A stretch of DNA of 64,000 bases, taken from contig NIVC01000875.1 in NCBI GenBank assembly GCA_002269645.1, forward strand, positions 248,001-312,000. The letters are read 5' to 3'. Below are positions 21,501-31,709 of the stretch, piece after piece. A model generated the notes under the pieces. The model saw only the letters and a list, made by a program, of their open reading frames with translations, had not been told where the DNA came from and ran no database searches. The stretch's first letter is position 1. Each line of letters starts with the position of its first letter. Origin of the DNA: Macrostomum lignano. Lineage: Eukaryota. A program made the translations under genes and the position numbers.

Positions 21501-22394
21501 ACAGAGGAAGCGTGGATGAAACCCTACATTGATAAGAATACCCAGTTTAGGACCAAAGCAACCAACGACTTTGACAAGAACCTCTTTAAGTTGCCAACAA
21601 CTCTGTCTATGGCAAGACTCTTGAGAATGAGCGGAAAAGAACAAACCTGAAACTTGTTACCTCATCAGAGCCTGCTGTTATTCAGGCAAATATGTCAAAG
21701 CCAACATTCAAAGAACTCCATATCTTTAATAGCTACTTAGGTGTGATCATATTTTACAAAACCAAGGTGACGCTGCGCAAGCCGATCTATACAGGTGTCA
21801 CTGTTCTCGACGAATCAAAACGTCTGATGTACCAGTTCTTCTATGGCATGAAGCAGCAGTACAAGGATAAAATGAAACTCTTGTACACTGACACAGACAG
21901 TTTTATTATGGACATTCAAACAGAAGACATTTATCAGGACATGCTGCAGCAAAAAGATTTGTTTGACTTGTCTGAGTATGATGAATCTTTCAGGACACAG
22001 AATGGCGATCAAGTGTTTGACGACTAACAAGAAAGTGATTGGGAAAATGAAGGACGAGATTGCTGGTGACATAATCACTGAATTCATTGGGTTGAGAGCA
22101 AAGTCCTATTTTGTAAAATGTGAGTCGTCAGACCCAATTAAAAAATCAAAGGGAATTCCGAAACGTGTGGTTAGGAAGGAACTTAATGAAGCTGAATACA
22201 GAGACGCCTTGAATTGTAACAAAAAGACATCACATGAGTTCTCAAAGCTACAATCTAAAAACCATATTATTCACACAATTCAGCAAAAGAAGATTGGACT
22301 GTCAGGTGCAGATAACAAGAGATTCATTTTTGATGACAATATTAACAGTCTACCGTTCGGGCACTGGAGATTAGGTTTAGGAGGTTGGCTTTAG
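18542..22394 (+). CDS. Protein-primed DNA polymerase B with vOTU-like, C2H2 and endonuclease VII-like domains; four frameshifts
   Basis: GSGW, NKDNCCALW/AHYVWIK, exonuclease YADFE and HNAKNYD, RDHCHFTGKFRGAAHNTCN, TKGFYPY, DANNLYGWAM, reconstructed KLANNSVYGKT, and YTDTDS. Frameshifts near 21040, 21220, 21590 and 22022. Confidence 0.9.
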
Positions 22395-22482
22395 GAGGTG
22401 AAGGTTAGATTCGGGCACTGGAGATTAGGAGATTAGGAGATTAGGTTTAGGTTTAAGAGAAAGTTTATTAAAACTCATAAAA

Positions 22483-22882
22483 ATGACGACAAATAACTTT
22501 CTTGAAGATTTGGCTAACGAACTGGAAATCCCAAACTTTAGAGGAATATTTATGAGGGACACTCTGCCTGATTTTCCTCTAAGAAAGGAATGCGGCATCA
22601 TGAACTTTGACACCACCGATAAGCCAGGATCTCATTGGGTTTGCTGGGTGATTGATCCCGATCGCAAGCACAAGTGTTATTACTTCGATAGCTATGGGAC
22701 GGCAGTACCAGAAGAGCTAAGAAATTATATGAAGGGAAAAATAATAAAAAAATTATCGCTCAGACTTTATTCTCCAAGGTCTTAGCAGTGATATTTGCGG
22801 TGAGCTGTGCATGACTGTTTTGTATGCAATGACCAAAACACGAAAGACCTACAAGGAAATTATTCTTGGCTGTGTTTCATAG
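22483..22882 (+). CDS. Adenain-type cysteine maturation protease; one frameshift
   Basis: GSHWVC and YFDSYG, then in a shifted frame after the A-run at about 22745, QGLSSDICGELC to TAG at 22882. Confidence 0.85.
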
Positions 22883-22886
22883 GGGT

Positions 22887-23627
22887 TCATTGTGCATTTC
22901 TCGTCGTCCTTCTTACCGAATTTCTTGCCGACTTTCTTTCCGCATAATGTTGAAAAACTTTCTCGAGTTCATTTTTCAGCTGACTCATGTCATCAGTACC
23001 GACCATGTTCAAGTTCATTCGAATTGATTGTTCATAAAGATCCTGAATGGTTTTGAACTCATCCTCTGAAATGAACTTATCCTCGATTGCCCTTGAAATG
23101 TACCCTATGATTGAAGTGTGCACCCCTTTCTCTTTTACTTGCTTCTCCTGTAGCTGCTTTAGTTTTTTTCGCCTGTTTCGCGCTACTGCTCCAGTAATTG
23201 CTGAAATAAGTCCACATGCAGCACCTACTGAACCAAGTGGAATTGCGATTGGGGCTGTGATGGCTGGCAACACTGAGACAGCTGCAGCAGACCCAGTTAG
23301 AACAGACACAGATCCTAGAATCATATTGCTGTAGTCGAAAAATTTACAGTGGCTGTCATAGCGCTTAATTTTCTTTGTGTTGTGGAAAATATTTTTTTCA
23401 AGATCATCGCGCATTTTTTGAATCTCCACCAATCGAAACTGCTGAGAATTACAAGAAATGACAGGGTAGAGTTTTTGTTGCTCATATTGGGGTGCATTCA
23501 GATTCGGTGCATTCAGGCTTGGTGCCAGGTTTTGTGTGTTCGAATTCGGTGCCATTGAGTTTGGTGCTGTCGGTATTTTAGGTTCAACGTATTGAGACTG
23601 ATCGTATAGAGAATTTTGTTGGGCCAT
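22887..23627 (-). CDS. Polinton accessory protein with a predicted two-helix hydrophobic hairpin
   Basis: Intact 246-aa ORF. FRLVEI...LE coiled coil, hydrophobic ILGSVSVLTGSAAAVSVLPAITAPIAIPLGSVGAACGLISAI, basic RNRRKK, and ISRAIEDKFISEDEF. Confidence 0.6.
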   Translation of the reverse strand: MAQQNSLYDQSQYVEPKIPTAPNSMAPNSNTQNLAPSLNAPNLNAPQYEQQKLYPVISCNSQQFRLVEIQKMRDDLEKNIFHNTKKIKRYDSHCKFFDYSNMILGSVSVLTGSAAAVSVLPAITAPIAIPLGSVGAACGLISAITGAVARNRRKKLKQLQEKQVKEKGVHTSIIGYISRAIEDKFISEDEFKTIQDLYEQSIRMNLNMVGTDDMSQLKNELEKVFQHYAERKSARNSVRRTTRNAQ

Positions 23628-23720
23628 TTTTTTCTCTAGAAAAAAATAAAAAAAATTATAAAACTATCCGGTTGAAAGATCTGTTTTCTTTTTGATAATT
23701 CCATCTGCACCGCCGGTTGT

Positions 23721-24530
23721 CTAGGCGGCTCTCGTGACGCCGGAGGATCGCGAGTCCAGCAGGCAGCGGCTGGGCGGCTGACGTTTGAGAGCGTGCCGGA
23801 TTACTCCGGCGGGGTCCAGAGCTCCTTCTACTCGATCTGTAGACATGACCGGACGAGCAGTAGATTCTGCTTCATCAATAGCAATATCACGAAGATTGAG
23901 TGTTCTCTCCAGACGATTAAGCCTCCTTATTATTTTACCCCAAGAGCTATACATTCCGTTTAGATAGCTACTGTGTGATACATCGTTTCTCTCTAATGCA
24001 TCAAGTCTTTCTTTAATTCTATCATGCAACGCTGTTGACTGGTTCATGAACTCTTCTAAATTATTGACTTTAACTGTGTTGGTTGCGACGTTTTCTTTAA
24101 TTCTATCATGTAATGCTGTTGACTGGTTCATGAACTCTTCTAAATTATTCACTTTAGCTATGTTTGTGAAAACTCCTCCTTCAAGAATACGCATCCGTCT
24201 ATCAATGGAATTTCCCAGAAGATTAACTGATGATCTCAAGCCGTTGATTAGCGAGACTATCGAAGTTATTTCTGACCTTAGTTCATTAGTTGCGTTTAAC
24301 AACGGCACATAAAGCTTATCACTTTCAAACTTCTGCCTAGCTACTTTAAGCCTGAGATCTTCCATGTTTATTTGCAACTGGTGCATGGAGCGCTCTAATT
24401 GTTTCAGTCTGTTTTTATTCAGTTTGATCTCTGGGATCTCTTCATCAGTGTTAATGTAGCGCTTATCAAGGAAGGAAGTTGTGAGAGTGCTGTTGCCTGT
24501 AGTTGACTCACCTGCAAAATTAATAGACAT
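23721..24530 (-). CDS. Coiled-coil protein with an internal duplication (fibre/spike candidate)
   Basis: Intact 269-aa ORF with a heptad pattern. KVNNLEEFMNQSTALHDRIKE occurs twice. Confidence 0.5.
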   Translation of the reverse strand: MSINFAGESTTGNSTLTTSFLDKRYINTDEEIPEIKLNKNRLKQLERSMHQLQINMEDLRLKVARQKFESDKLYVPLLNATNELRSEITSIVSLINGLRSSVNLLGNSIDRRMRILEGGVFTNIAKVNNLEEFMNQSTALHDRIKENVATNTVKVNNLEEFMNQSTALHDRIKERLDALERNDVSHSSYLNGMYSSWGKIIRRLNRLERTLNLRDIAIDEAESTARPVMSTDRVEGALDPAGVIRHALKRQPPSRCLLDSRSSGVTRAA

Positions 24531-24546
24531 TTTTTTAAATAAAAAA

Positions 24547-25345
24547 TTAAAGTAAAATTCTTTTCTCCTTATTAATCATGACAAACTGATAGGGTTGGTT
24601 CCACTTTTCATAGCATATGTTAACAAATTCCTCCTGTGATATTGTTCTGTTAGAGTTCTTAGCTGGATATGTAATGTGAGCTGGGGCAATGACCTCATTA
24701 TAAAATCGTTTCAGTCGATCCTGTGGTATGGTTGGGAAAAGGAGAATCAAATTACAGTTACCTCTAATTGTTTTATTTGGCAGTTCAAACCAGTTTTGGG
24801 CAATGTAAATAACATTGCAGTTATTGTGTCTACCCGGGTGAAATAATTTTCTATCTGTTTCTGGGGACCGGTCATGCAGTCATCAAAGACAATCAGGTGC
24901 TTTCTCCCCTTTTCTAGTTCATCAGGTTGAGGTAAGAGTTTAGTTTTAGGATCTATCTGTGGATCTCCATAAGTGAAAACTTTAATGTTTTGCCATTTTT
25001 CATTGTCTGGGATGTGCTTTGCGTATTCAGTGCTACAACTTCCGGGTTGCTGTTGAGGTCTTTTTGATGTCTAAAACATTGAATAATATCTTCCTTGTTG
25101 AGTTTGTTCTGTAGGCCCGCTACTAGCATTTTATACTCATCTTGATACAGAGTGGGTGAATAGATATGTAGTGTGTCATAATCGAGGAATCCAGGTCTGA
25201 GGAGCATGTTAAAAACTCTGAAGGTTTTCCCTGACCCAGATGAGCCAACAACAATGCATCGGAAGTGCCCTGGAATTATCTCGTTGTGAGCAAATTTTAT
25301 CTGATTGCGTGTCCAGTGGGGATGAAAGTCGTTTGTGAAGTCCAT
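24547..25345 (-). CDS. A32/FtsK-like packaging ATPase; two 1-nt frameshifts
   Basis: Walker A GSSGSGKT, Walker B HLIVFDD (about 24870-24900), and reconstructed FTRGRHNNCNVIYIAQ. Confidence 0.9.
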
Positions 25346-25560
25346 TTTTTATGTAAAAAACTTTTTCTTTTTAAACTTGTGTATTTAAGACGCGTGTGTC
25401 TCTTTGCGGGATGTGTATGTGTGTGTCTCTTTACGGGATGTGTGTGTCTTTTTTTCGGGTTGTGTGTGTCTTTTTTTCGGGTTGTGTCTTTTTTTTGACT
25501 AGTCCTACATCCGACTAGTCCTACACCCTCACACCTCTTTTATCGTCAGGGTGCACCAAA

Positions 25561-27168
25561 TTAGTCAAATTTAAAACCGCCTCCTTTCTTATATTCAGCT
25601 CTCATCTTTGCGTAGATGGCTGGATCGACACTATCTGCACTCGGTGCAAGGGGTTGAATATCTGGTATTGATTTCCGGGTTTCATTAACCGTATCTTTAA
25701 TCTTCTTGGCTGCTGTGGCTACACTGCCAGCCGCTTCGGCAACGTTCTTGATGTTCTCTTTGTTCTCTCCAATGACCTTAAAAATCTTGGCCCCCTGAGT
25801 GATCAAATCGGCAAGACCGTTCCCAGAGCGTTCTTTTCTTGGATAGTGGCCTGCAGGGAAAAGTCCAGATCCGCGTTTAATGAGATTAAGTTCCTCTTTG
25901 TCATAGTATTTGTCAATGTCTTTTTCGAAAATAATTGGCATCTTTTTAAATAGAAATTTATTTTTGTTAAACCGTGAAAGCAAAAGTTCTCTTGCTCTTT
26001 TATCGATATATTTTCTCTCAAGCATTTTGTCTAGGATATGAACGAACTCTTTTCTATTCTCATCTTTCATTCCAGTCTTTGCCGCTCCTAGAAGAACAGC
26101 TAACCGCTTGTAGAATTCAGGCATGCCTTTTCCGGAAGAGCTTGGCGGTGATTCGAATGATTGGTCAGAGTAGGAACTGTCATGTGGCGCTTGTCTTTGT
26201 TGAGGTGTGAATACTCTGTCATTGATTCGCTTCATTCGTTCTGGGGAGAACTGTTCTAATTGTCGCCAAGTATCAGGGTTTGTATCTTTGTACTGGGAAA
26301 TCTCATTTGGCCCTGCTTTTTCAAGCGCTTCTAGTACTTGTTCGGGTGTGATTTGTTGCTGTGGCGGTGGAGGTTGTTGTGGTTGTGGTTGTGTTTGTGG
26401 TTGCTGCTGTTGTGGTTGTTGTAGTTGTTGTTGTAGTTGTTGTTTTGGTTGCTGCTGTTGTGGCTGTGGTTGTTGTGGTTGTTGTCTTATGACCTCTTCT
26501 TGATCCGGTAAACCAAACCATTGTTTAAAGTATTTGTATTTTCTAAACCTGTTCAAGTCAATCCTGTTTTCATGTAAAACTTTCAAAACACCGTTGTTCT
26601 TGAGAATGTCTATGTCCCTCTCTAAAGCGAAGGTAACCAGATCTCTATAATTCTTTAATTGCTTCTCGGATATTTTTTCCTGATTTTTAGTCATGTAGTC
26701 GAGTAAACTTTGAGTGAAGGGGATTCGTTTAGTTTCTGCGCCTTTATTGATTGAAATAGTTTGCTTCGTCACTTCAATGTTGTAATCCGCCGGTTCCCCG
26801 GTAATATTTTTTCGCCAGGCGCTAATTCCAAATATATATTTTCCTTCATCCGTTACGGGGCCAAAAAAGTTATCCGTCACTTTCATCTGCACTGGTTGTC
26901 CTGGTTGCTGAGCCTGTGGTTGTCCCGGTGAAGATGGGATTTTACCCAATGTGTTTTGCAACTGGCTCTCTTGAATATCATCAATTGTTTCCTTCACAGT
27001 GTCGATGTTTTTCTTCGCTTCTGTGTATCCAGGTTTGTGAAATTCGGTGGCTGCTTGGACAAATTCATTGTAAGATTGTTGTTCTTTGTTGATTAGTCCG
27101 GTAACTCGTTTCTCTGCTTGCGCCAGCTTTTCTAGTTCAGAGATATGATATGAACTTTTCCGCTTCAT
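25561..27168 (-). CDS. PZ-like core Polinton protein with a Gln/Pro linker
   Basis: Intact 535-aa ORF. RLAVLLGAAKTG...EFVHILDKMLERKYI resembles the conserved PZ ('GasderminX') helix motif as recalled. Several GxG-hydrophobic sites. Confidence 0.55.
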   Translation of the reverse strand: MKRKSSYHISELEKLAQAEKRVTGLINKEQQSYNEFVQAATEFHKPGYTEAKKNIDTVKETIDDIQESQLQNTLGKIPSSPGQPQAQQPGQPVQMKVTDNFFGPVTDEGKYIFGISAWRKNITGEPADYNIEVTKQTISINKGAETKRIPFTQSLLDYMTKNQEKISEKQLKNYRDLVTFALERDIDILKNNGVLKVLHENRIDLNRFRKYKYFKQWFGLPDQEEVIRQQPQQPQPQQQQPKQQLQQQLQQPQQQQPQTQPQPQQPPPPQQQITPEQVLEALEKAGPNEISQYKDTNPDTWRQLEQFSPERMKRINDRVFTPQQRQAPHDSSYSDQSFESPPSSSGKGMPEFYKRLAVLLGAAKTGMKDENRKEFVHILDKMLERKYIDKRARELLLSRFNKNKFLFKKMPIIFEKDIDKYYDKEELNLIKRGSGLFPAGHYPRKERSGNGLADLITQGAKIFKVIGENKENIKNVAEAAGSVATAAKKIKDTVNETRKSIPDIQPLAPSADSVDPAIYAKMRAEYKKGGGFKFD

Positions 27169-27198
27169 TTCTTATTTTATTTTATTTTTAGTTAAAAA

Positions 27199-28542
27199 AT
27201 GAACGACCCACTGACACCAGTTTTCTACAAAATTAACAAGCCTATTTTGAGTGATGATAGCACAATCAAAGCGACACAAGTTAGAGTTCCGAGTCACTAG
27301 AACCAGAATGAAACTAATTTGGGTCCGGGTCAAACACTGACTTTTACATACAATGGATGTTCGTCTCTGGTTAGTGTGCACAGTCTTAAGAGCGGCTTCC
27401 ATATGACATTTCAATTCAAGACAAAGGGTGGTGCTAACATTGTTATGTTAGGTATTATGTTATGTTATTATGTTATGTTATGTTATTATGTTAGGGTCGT
27501 GCTAACATTGACAAGCATGATGCGGATGTGGCTCTGATCAGTAACTTTTGGGCGTACATGTTCAAGGAGTTTAGTGTATCGAATGGGAGCACTGAGTTGG
27601 AGCGAATCGCCAACTTTGGAATTGTCTATGACGCTCATTGTTTGATCGAGAATCCTGATTTTATTCAGTTGGGAAGTGGTGCAGGTTTTATTGCAGATGA
27701 AAAAGAAGGAGACATCAATGACAGTGGCTATAAAAAGAGGAAGAAGAGATACAACTATGCATTGCAAGGTGCTGATGATGCTGCTAAAAACCCGCTGTAT
27801 CGGTCTGTTGATGTATTTGTACCACTGAGATTCATGAGTGGATTCTGTAATACATTTAATCGACTGACTAGTAACTTTAGCTACACCTTTAGGATGACTA
27901 GAGATGATCGCAGTAGAGTGTTGTGGACTGGGGCGGATCACACAAGGATGGAGGTGAAGCTAACCGGAATCGAGCTGTATTTGGAAGTCATTGAGCCAAA
28001 GACTGCACTAAAAGCGGATTATCTTAAGGCAATAGAGAAGGACATTGATGTTGCATACACGGCCTACATGTGTTGAGATGAGCGAAACGAAACTAGAACA
28101 AACATCTGCATTAAAGAGGGATCATGCAGCAATCCAAGGTATATCATTATTAACATGAGAAACCCAAATAGCATTATACAGTACGCTACATGCATGGAGA
28201 CGTGCGGTCCATTCAGCATGAAATCAGTGATAATCTTTACCCTGCACTGCCACAAAATGGAGATTTCAGTCAGAACAAGATTAGCAAATTTTACAGCGAG
28301 TTGGTCGACTTGGCTGTGAAAGAGAACAATGGAATTGCTATCACTGCTCTTCAATATGGAACTCTATATCCAATGTGGGCTCTGATGTGTCTGCCAGACA
28401 AATGCCTACTGATAACAGCCCTGTGAATATCGTGACTAACATTGAGAGGACTACCGCAACACCCGTGGACCTGTACATTATCTATGCATTTGAGAGGAAG
28501 GTGAAGCTTAACATGATCAACAATTCATCCAGTAAAGTTTAA
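27199..28542 (+). pseudogene. Major capsid protein (double jelly-roll), disrupted
   Basis: ATG at 27199, TAG at 27298, 68-bp insertion at 27443-27510, TGA at about 28074 and further frameshifts. The reading ALISNFWAYMFKEFSV...VFVPLRFMSGFCNTF...F-x-M-x-R is MCP-like, and the gene lies directly upstream of the penton. Confidence 0.75.
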
Positions 28543-28555
28543 ATATTTTTTTTAT

Positions 28556-29428
28556 GTGAAAAAACTGGAAGCGATTGCTGAAAGACTAAACAACATTGTT
28601 TCACACTCTAAGGAGAGCATTCCTATTACAATAACTGGGCGAATTAATGACTCAAACGGGATGTTTGTTGAAAAATTAGAGCAGGCGATTCGCCTGGATC
28701 CAGGCGCTAATTACCATGTCTATCTTAACGACTTCACTGGTTGGTCAAACGTTCCCAATGTGATGGCAGCAAATAATAAGTTTTATTACAAATGGAAAGG
28801 TGCAGCAGCAGACCCTGTGGTATTCCATGTGAGCACGCAGAGTGTGGATACCTACAATAACTTTCTAGAAAATGTCTTTACTAAGAGAGGCCATTTTGAG
28901 ACACCTGATGCGAGTAAGCCAGATAAAAAATTGTTCCCTGTCAAACTAACCTATGATCTCACTGTAATGAGAGTGGTCATGCAAGTTCACAAAGATGCGG
29001 AGGTTGAGTTTAAAGATGACACTTGGTATAGGGAACTGGGATTCGAGAAGAAAGTTTATAAGGCAGAATCCGCGGCGCGGACTGCCACTCAAGCATCGGG
29101 GACTGTTAGAATGGTCCGGGAAAGTGTAAGCGGTTTGTTCTTAGCACCCAATATTGCAGACATTGTAAAGGGTTTGAATATTCTAATCAGAAACAATCTC
29201 AGTCTTGATTGGGTATTTAAGGGAAAGCGAACGAATATTTTGTACAACATCTCCAACTCTGTTGCTGGAGGACAGATGGTGGTAGAGAAACCAAATCCAG
29301 TGAAAAGAGTTGTATTGAGTAATAAGGAGATTCACGAGATTGTGCTACAGTTTGAGACTGAAGATGGGATGGGCGTTGATTTCAACGGTGAAGAGTTTGT
29401 ATTGACGTTAATCATTGAGAGAATGTGA
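28556..29428 (+). CDS. Minor capsid (penton) protein; start codon unclear
   Basis: AIRLDP...YHVYLNDFTGWSNVPNV...NNKF and IVLQFETEDG...VDFNGEEFVLTLII are penton-like. The nearest ATG (28554) is followed by TGA. Confidence 0.75.
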   Translation: MKKLEAIAERLNNIVSHSKESIPITITGRINDSNGMFVEKLEQAIRLDPGANYHVYLNDFTGWSNVPNVMAANNKFYYKWKGAAADPVVFHVSTQSVDTYNNFLENVFTKRGHFETPDASKPDKKLFPVKLTYDLTVMRVVMQVHKDAEVEFKDDTWYRELGFEKKVYKAESAARTATQASGTVRMVRESVSGLFLAPNIADIVKGLNILIRNNLSLDWVFKGKRTNILYNISNSVAGGQMVVEKPNPVKRVVLSNKEIHEIVLQFETEDGMGVDFNGEEFVLTLIIERM

Positions 29429-30153
29429 GAAATCACAATTGCCTAATGATTTCTGCAAAGTTATAGTAGCTGTCATAATCTTTTACATAGGTTACTCCAT
29501 ACTTATGAAACCAATGTCTTTGGAGAGCTAGATTAATATTAGGGACATTGATATCAACGTTGGGCCAATATTTTCTCATGTATTCGCTGCATTCAAGTTT
29601 GCATCGGTACTTACTCTTGTAATTAGGCTCGTGCGTTTTTTAATAAGAACCTGGAGAGACAACTGGAAACATTTTTATTGAGAATTTAATTTTTTTAAAG
29701 GGTGAGGACCCTGCGCTGATGATTTAAAGTCTTAGGGATGTGGTAGCACGTTGCGGATTGAATGTGGGGAGAAGAATGCAGATTATTTTCTGATTGTTTT
29801 AGAAATGTTATGGGTGGATGTCGGTGGATGATGTCAGTGTCAGTGAGCATAACAGGTGTCCACAGTGAGCATAACAGGTATCAGTTGACACCTGCTCTGA
29901 TTCTGTCAGGGATAATATGGATGGATTTAATGGGATTATGTTCGAAGTTTTCGGAGCAAGTGCGGCCCCTCCCCTTTTTCATGATTCTGTCAGGGATAAT
30001 ATGGATGGATTTAATGGGATTATGGAGGACGTTTTGTGAGCGAGTGCGACCCCCCTTTTTTTCTGATTCTGTCGGGGATAATATGGATGGATTTATTGGG
30101 ATTATGGAGGATGTGAAAAATTTTGTCCCAAAAGCCCCCTCATGCCTTCTACT
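29258..30153 (-). repeat. Right terminal inverted repeat
   Basis: Reverse complement of 14239-15135. Confidence 0.95.
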
Positions 30154-30159
30154 CTGGAG

Positions 30160-30384
30160 AGCACGGGCGGCAGCAACTGCATGCGCCACGCAAGCGACGT
30201 TAAGCGACTGCCAGAGCGGCCAACAGGAGACGGACCAGACGAGACCGGCGGTCCAGAAGGCGACCCGACGGCCGCTTCGGCACCCGCGGTGCCGCCGGCC
30301 GCAGCCGGTGCGGGGGAGCTGCCAATCGCGAACCGTCCGCATCCAAGAAGCTGCAAACTACCGCATCCCAATTATAGGACCTGA
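30160..30384 (+). pseudogene. Remainder of the Gypsy integrase C-terminus
   Basis: Removing the Polinton and one TSD restores the frame ...DSVILE-STGGSNCMRHASDVKRLP. Confidence 0.75.
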
Positions 30385-30483
30385 TTTTTTTCGTGCAAAA
30401 CTGACGAACCTATAAACCTCTTTTTGCTTTTTTTGCGCATGACATTCATTTTTTTTAAATCCGATTTTAATCCGTTAATCTCC

Positions 30484-30497
30484 GCGAAGGGGAAAGA
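30484..30497 (+). promoter_or_regulatory. Polypurine tract
   Basis: gcgaaggggaaaga immediately before the 3' LTR. Confidence 0.8.
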
Positions 30498-30689
30498 TGT
30501 TGTACTCTGCCCCCCTTTCTCGGCACGTTGATTTTAACTCCTGTGTACATTGCATCATAGATGTACACTTACTCTAGAGCAATCGATTACAGAGCTTTGA
30601 GCTCAAATATATAATAGCACCCCACGCCCAAGTCGGGGCCGTAAGCTTTTGGTTCATCTAAACTTCTGTCTCTCGCGTCAGTCACTACA
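30498..30689 (+). repeat. 3' LTR (192 bp)
   Basis: Matches the 5' LTR. Confidence 0.95.
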
Positions 30690-30827
30690 GTCACTAAAAC
30701 CAGTTGTAGAAATGAATCCAACAGATATCAGAAAGATGACGGCCAGTCCCTCAAACCCATCTCCTTCTCCACCCTCAGTTACAAGGGAACCTCAGCTGAG
30801 ACTGAAGAGGAGTCTGCATACCTGTTT

Positions 30828-31240
30828 CACCAATCCAGCACAATCACCAATCCAGCCCATTCACCAATCCAGCCCATTCACCAATCCAGCCCATTCACCA
30901 ATCCAGCCCATTCACCAATCCAGCCCATTCACCAATCCAGCCCATATGCCAGCCAATGCAGTGAGAATTAGCGCATTCGTGTGTCAGCAGCAGTGACTAC
31001 TCAGTGTCCCCATGCAAATCGTGAGCTTTGATGTGTCAGCAGCAGTGACTACTCAGTGTCCCCATGCAAATCGTGATGAGCTGTGATGTGTCAGCAGCAC
31101 TGACTACTCAGTGTAGCTTTGATGTGTCAGCAGCACTGACTACTCAGTGTCCCCATGCAAATCGTGAGCTGTGATGTGTCAGCAGCAGTGACTACTCAGT
31201 GTCCCCATGCAAATCGTGTGCTGTGATGTGTCAGTAGTAT
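30828..31240. repeat. Two minisatellites: 17-bp (ccagcccattcaccaat) and a ~50-bp unit (gtgtcagcagcagtgactactcagtgtccccatgcaaatcgtg)
   Basis: Direct tandem copies visible. Confidence 0.85.
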
Positions 31241-31709
31241 TAACGGTCGTGATTTTCTAACCATTAGAAAATTTTAATTCTGGCAATGGTCTGTGCACCA
31301 GAAACTAAATCATGTCGAATTGAACCCTGCAGCTTGCCATCTGAGCCATGCTGCACAGCATGCATGTCGCCACCCAGAGTCAAACAGCTTCATCAGTTTC
31401 GCACTCAGATTCCGATCAGACCAGATCTGCAGAGGCTGATGATGCAGCAACGCTACAAGGCAGACCGCAGCGGCCCACCGGAAAAGCGAGTGGCGGTGCA
31501 GCTGCCTGAAGCACCTGAGAGGCTGCACAGGATGCAGAAGCAGAGTTGATGATGTTTATGGTTCGCCCAGAGCCAGCTATGTAATCACAGTTCAGCTTAG
31601 CCATTGCTTCGGCATTAAAAAACTGTAAACAGTTGCCATGGCTTATCTGACTGCATCTCTTACTGGCACAAGAGTTGTCCAACCTGCACTTTGCTGCAAT
31701 TCAGTCGTG

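Larger units (their letters stand above)
14239..30153. mobile_element. Polinton/Maverick (adintovirus-like endogenous virus), about 15.9 kb
   Basis: Ends AGTAGAAGGCATG...CATGCCTTCTACT. 6-bp TSD CTGGAG at 14233-14238 and 30154-30159. Encodes INT, pPolB, PRO, ATPase, MCP and mCP. Confidence 0.95.
10891..30689 (+). mobile_element. Ty3/Gypsy LTR retrotransposon interrupted by a Polinton
   Basis: LTRs TGTTGTA...CTACA at both ends. 5-bp TSD GTCAC at 10886-10890 and 30690-30694. PBS, PPT and gag-pol present. Confidence 0.95.

Noticed and set aside
21030-22030. Programmed ribosomal frameshifting in pPolB
   Set aside because: Four separate shifts without slippery heptamers; single-base loss explains most.
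10891-30689. Age paradox: identical LTRs around a decayed Polinton
   Set aside because: LTRs are only 192 bp. With roughly 1% TIR divergence estimated by eye, zero LTR differences is unremarkable, and many frameshifts may be sequencing errors.
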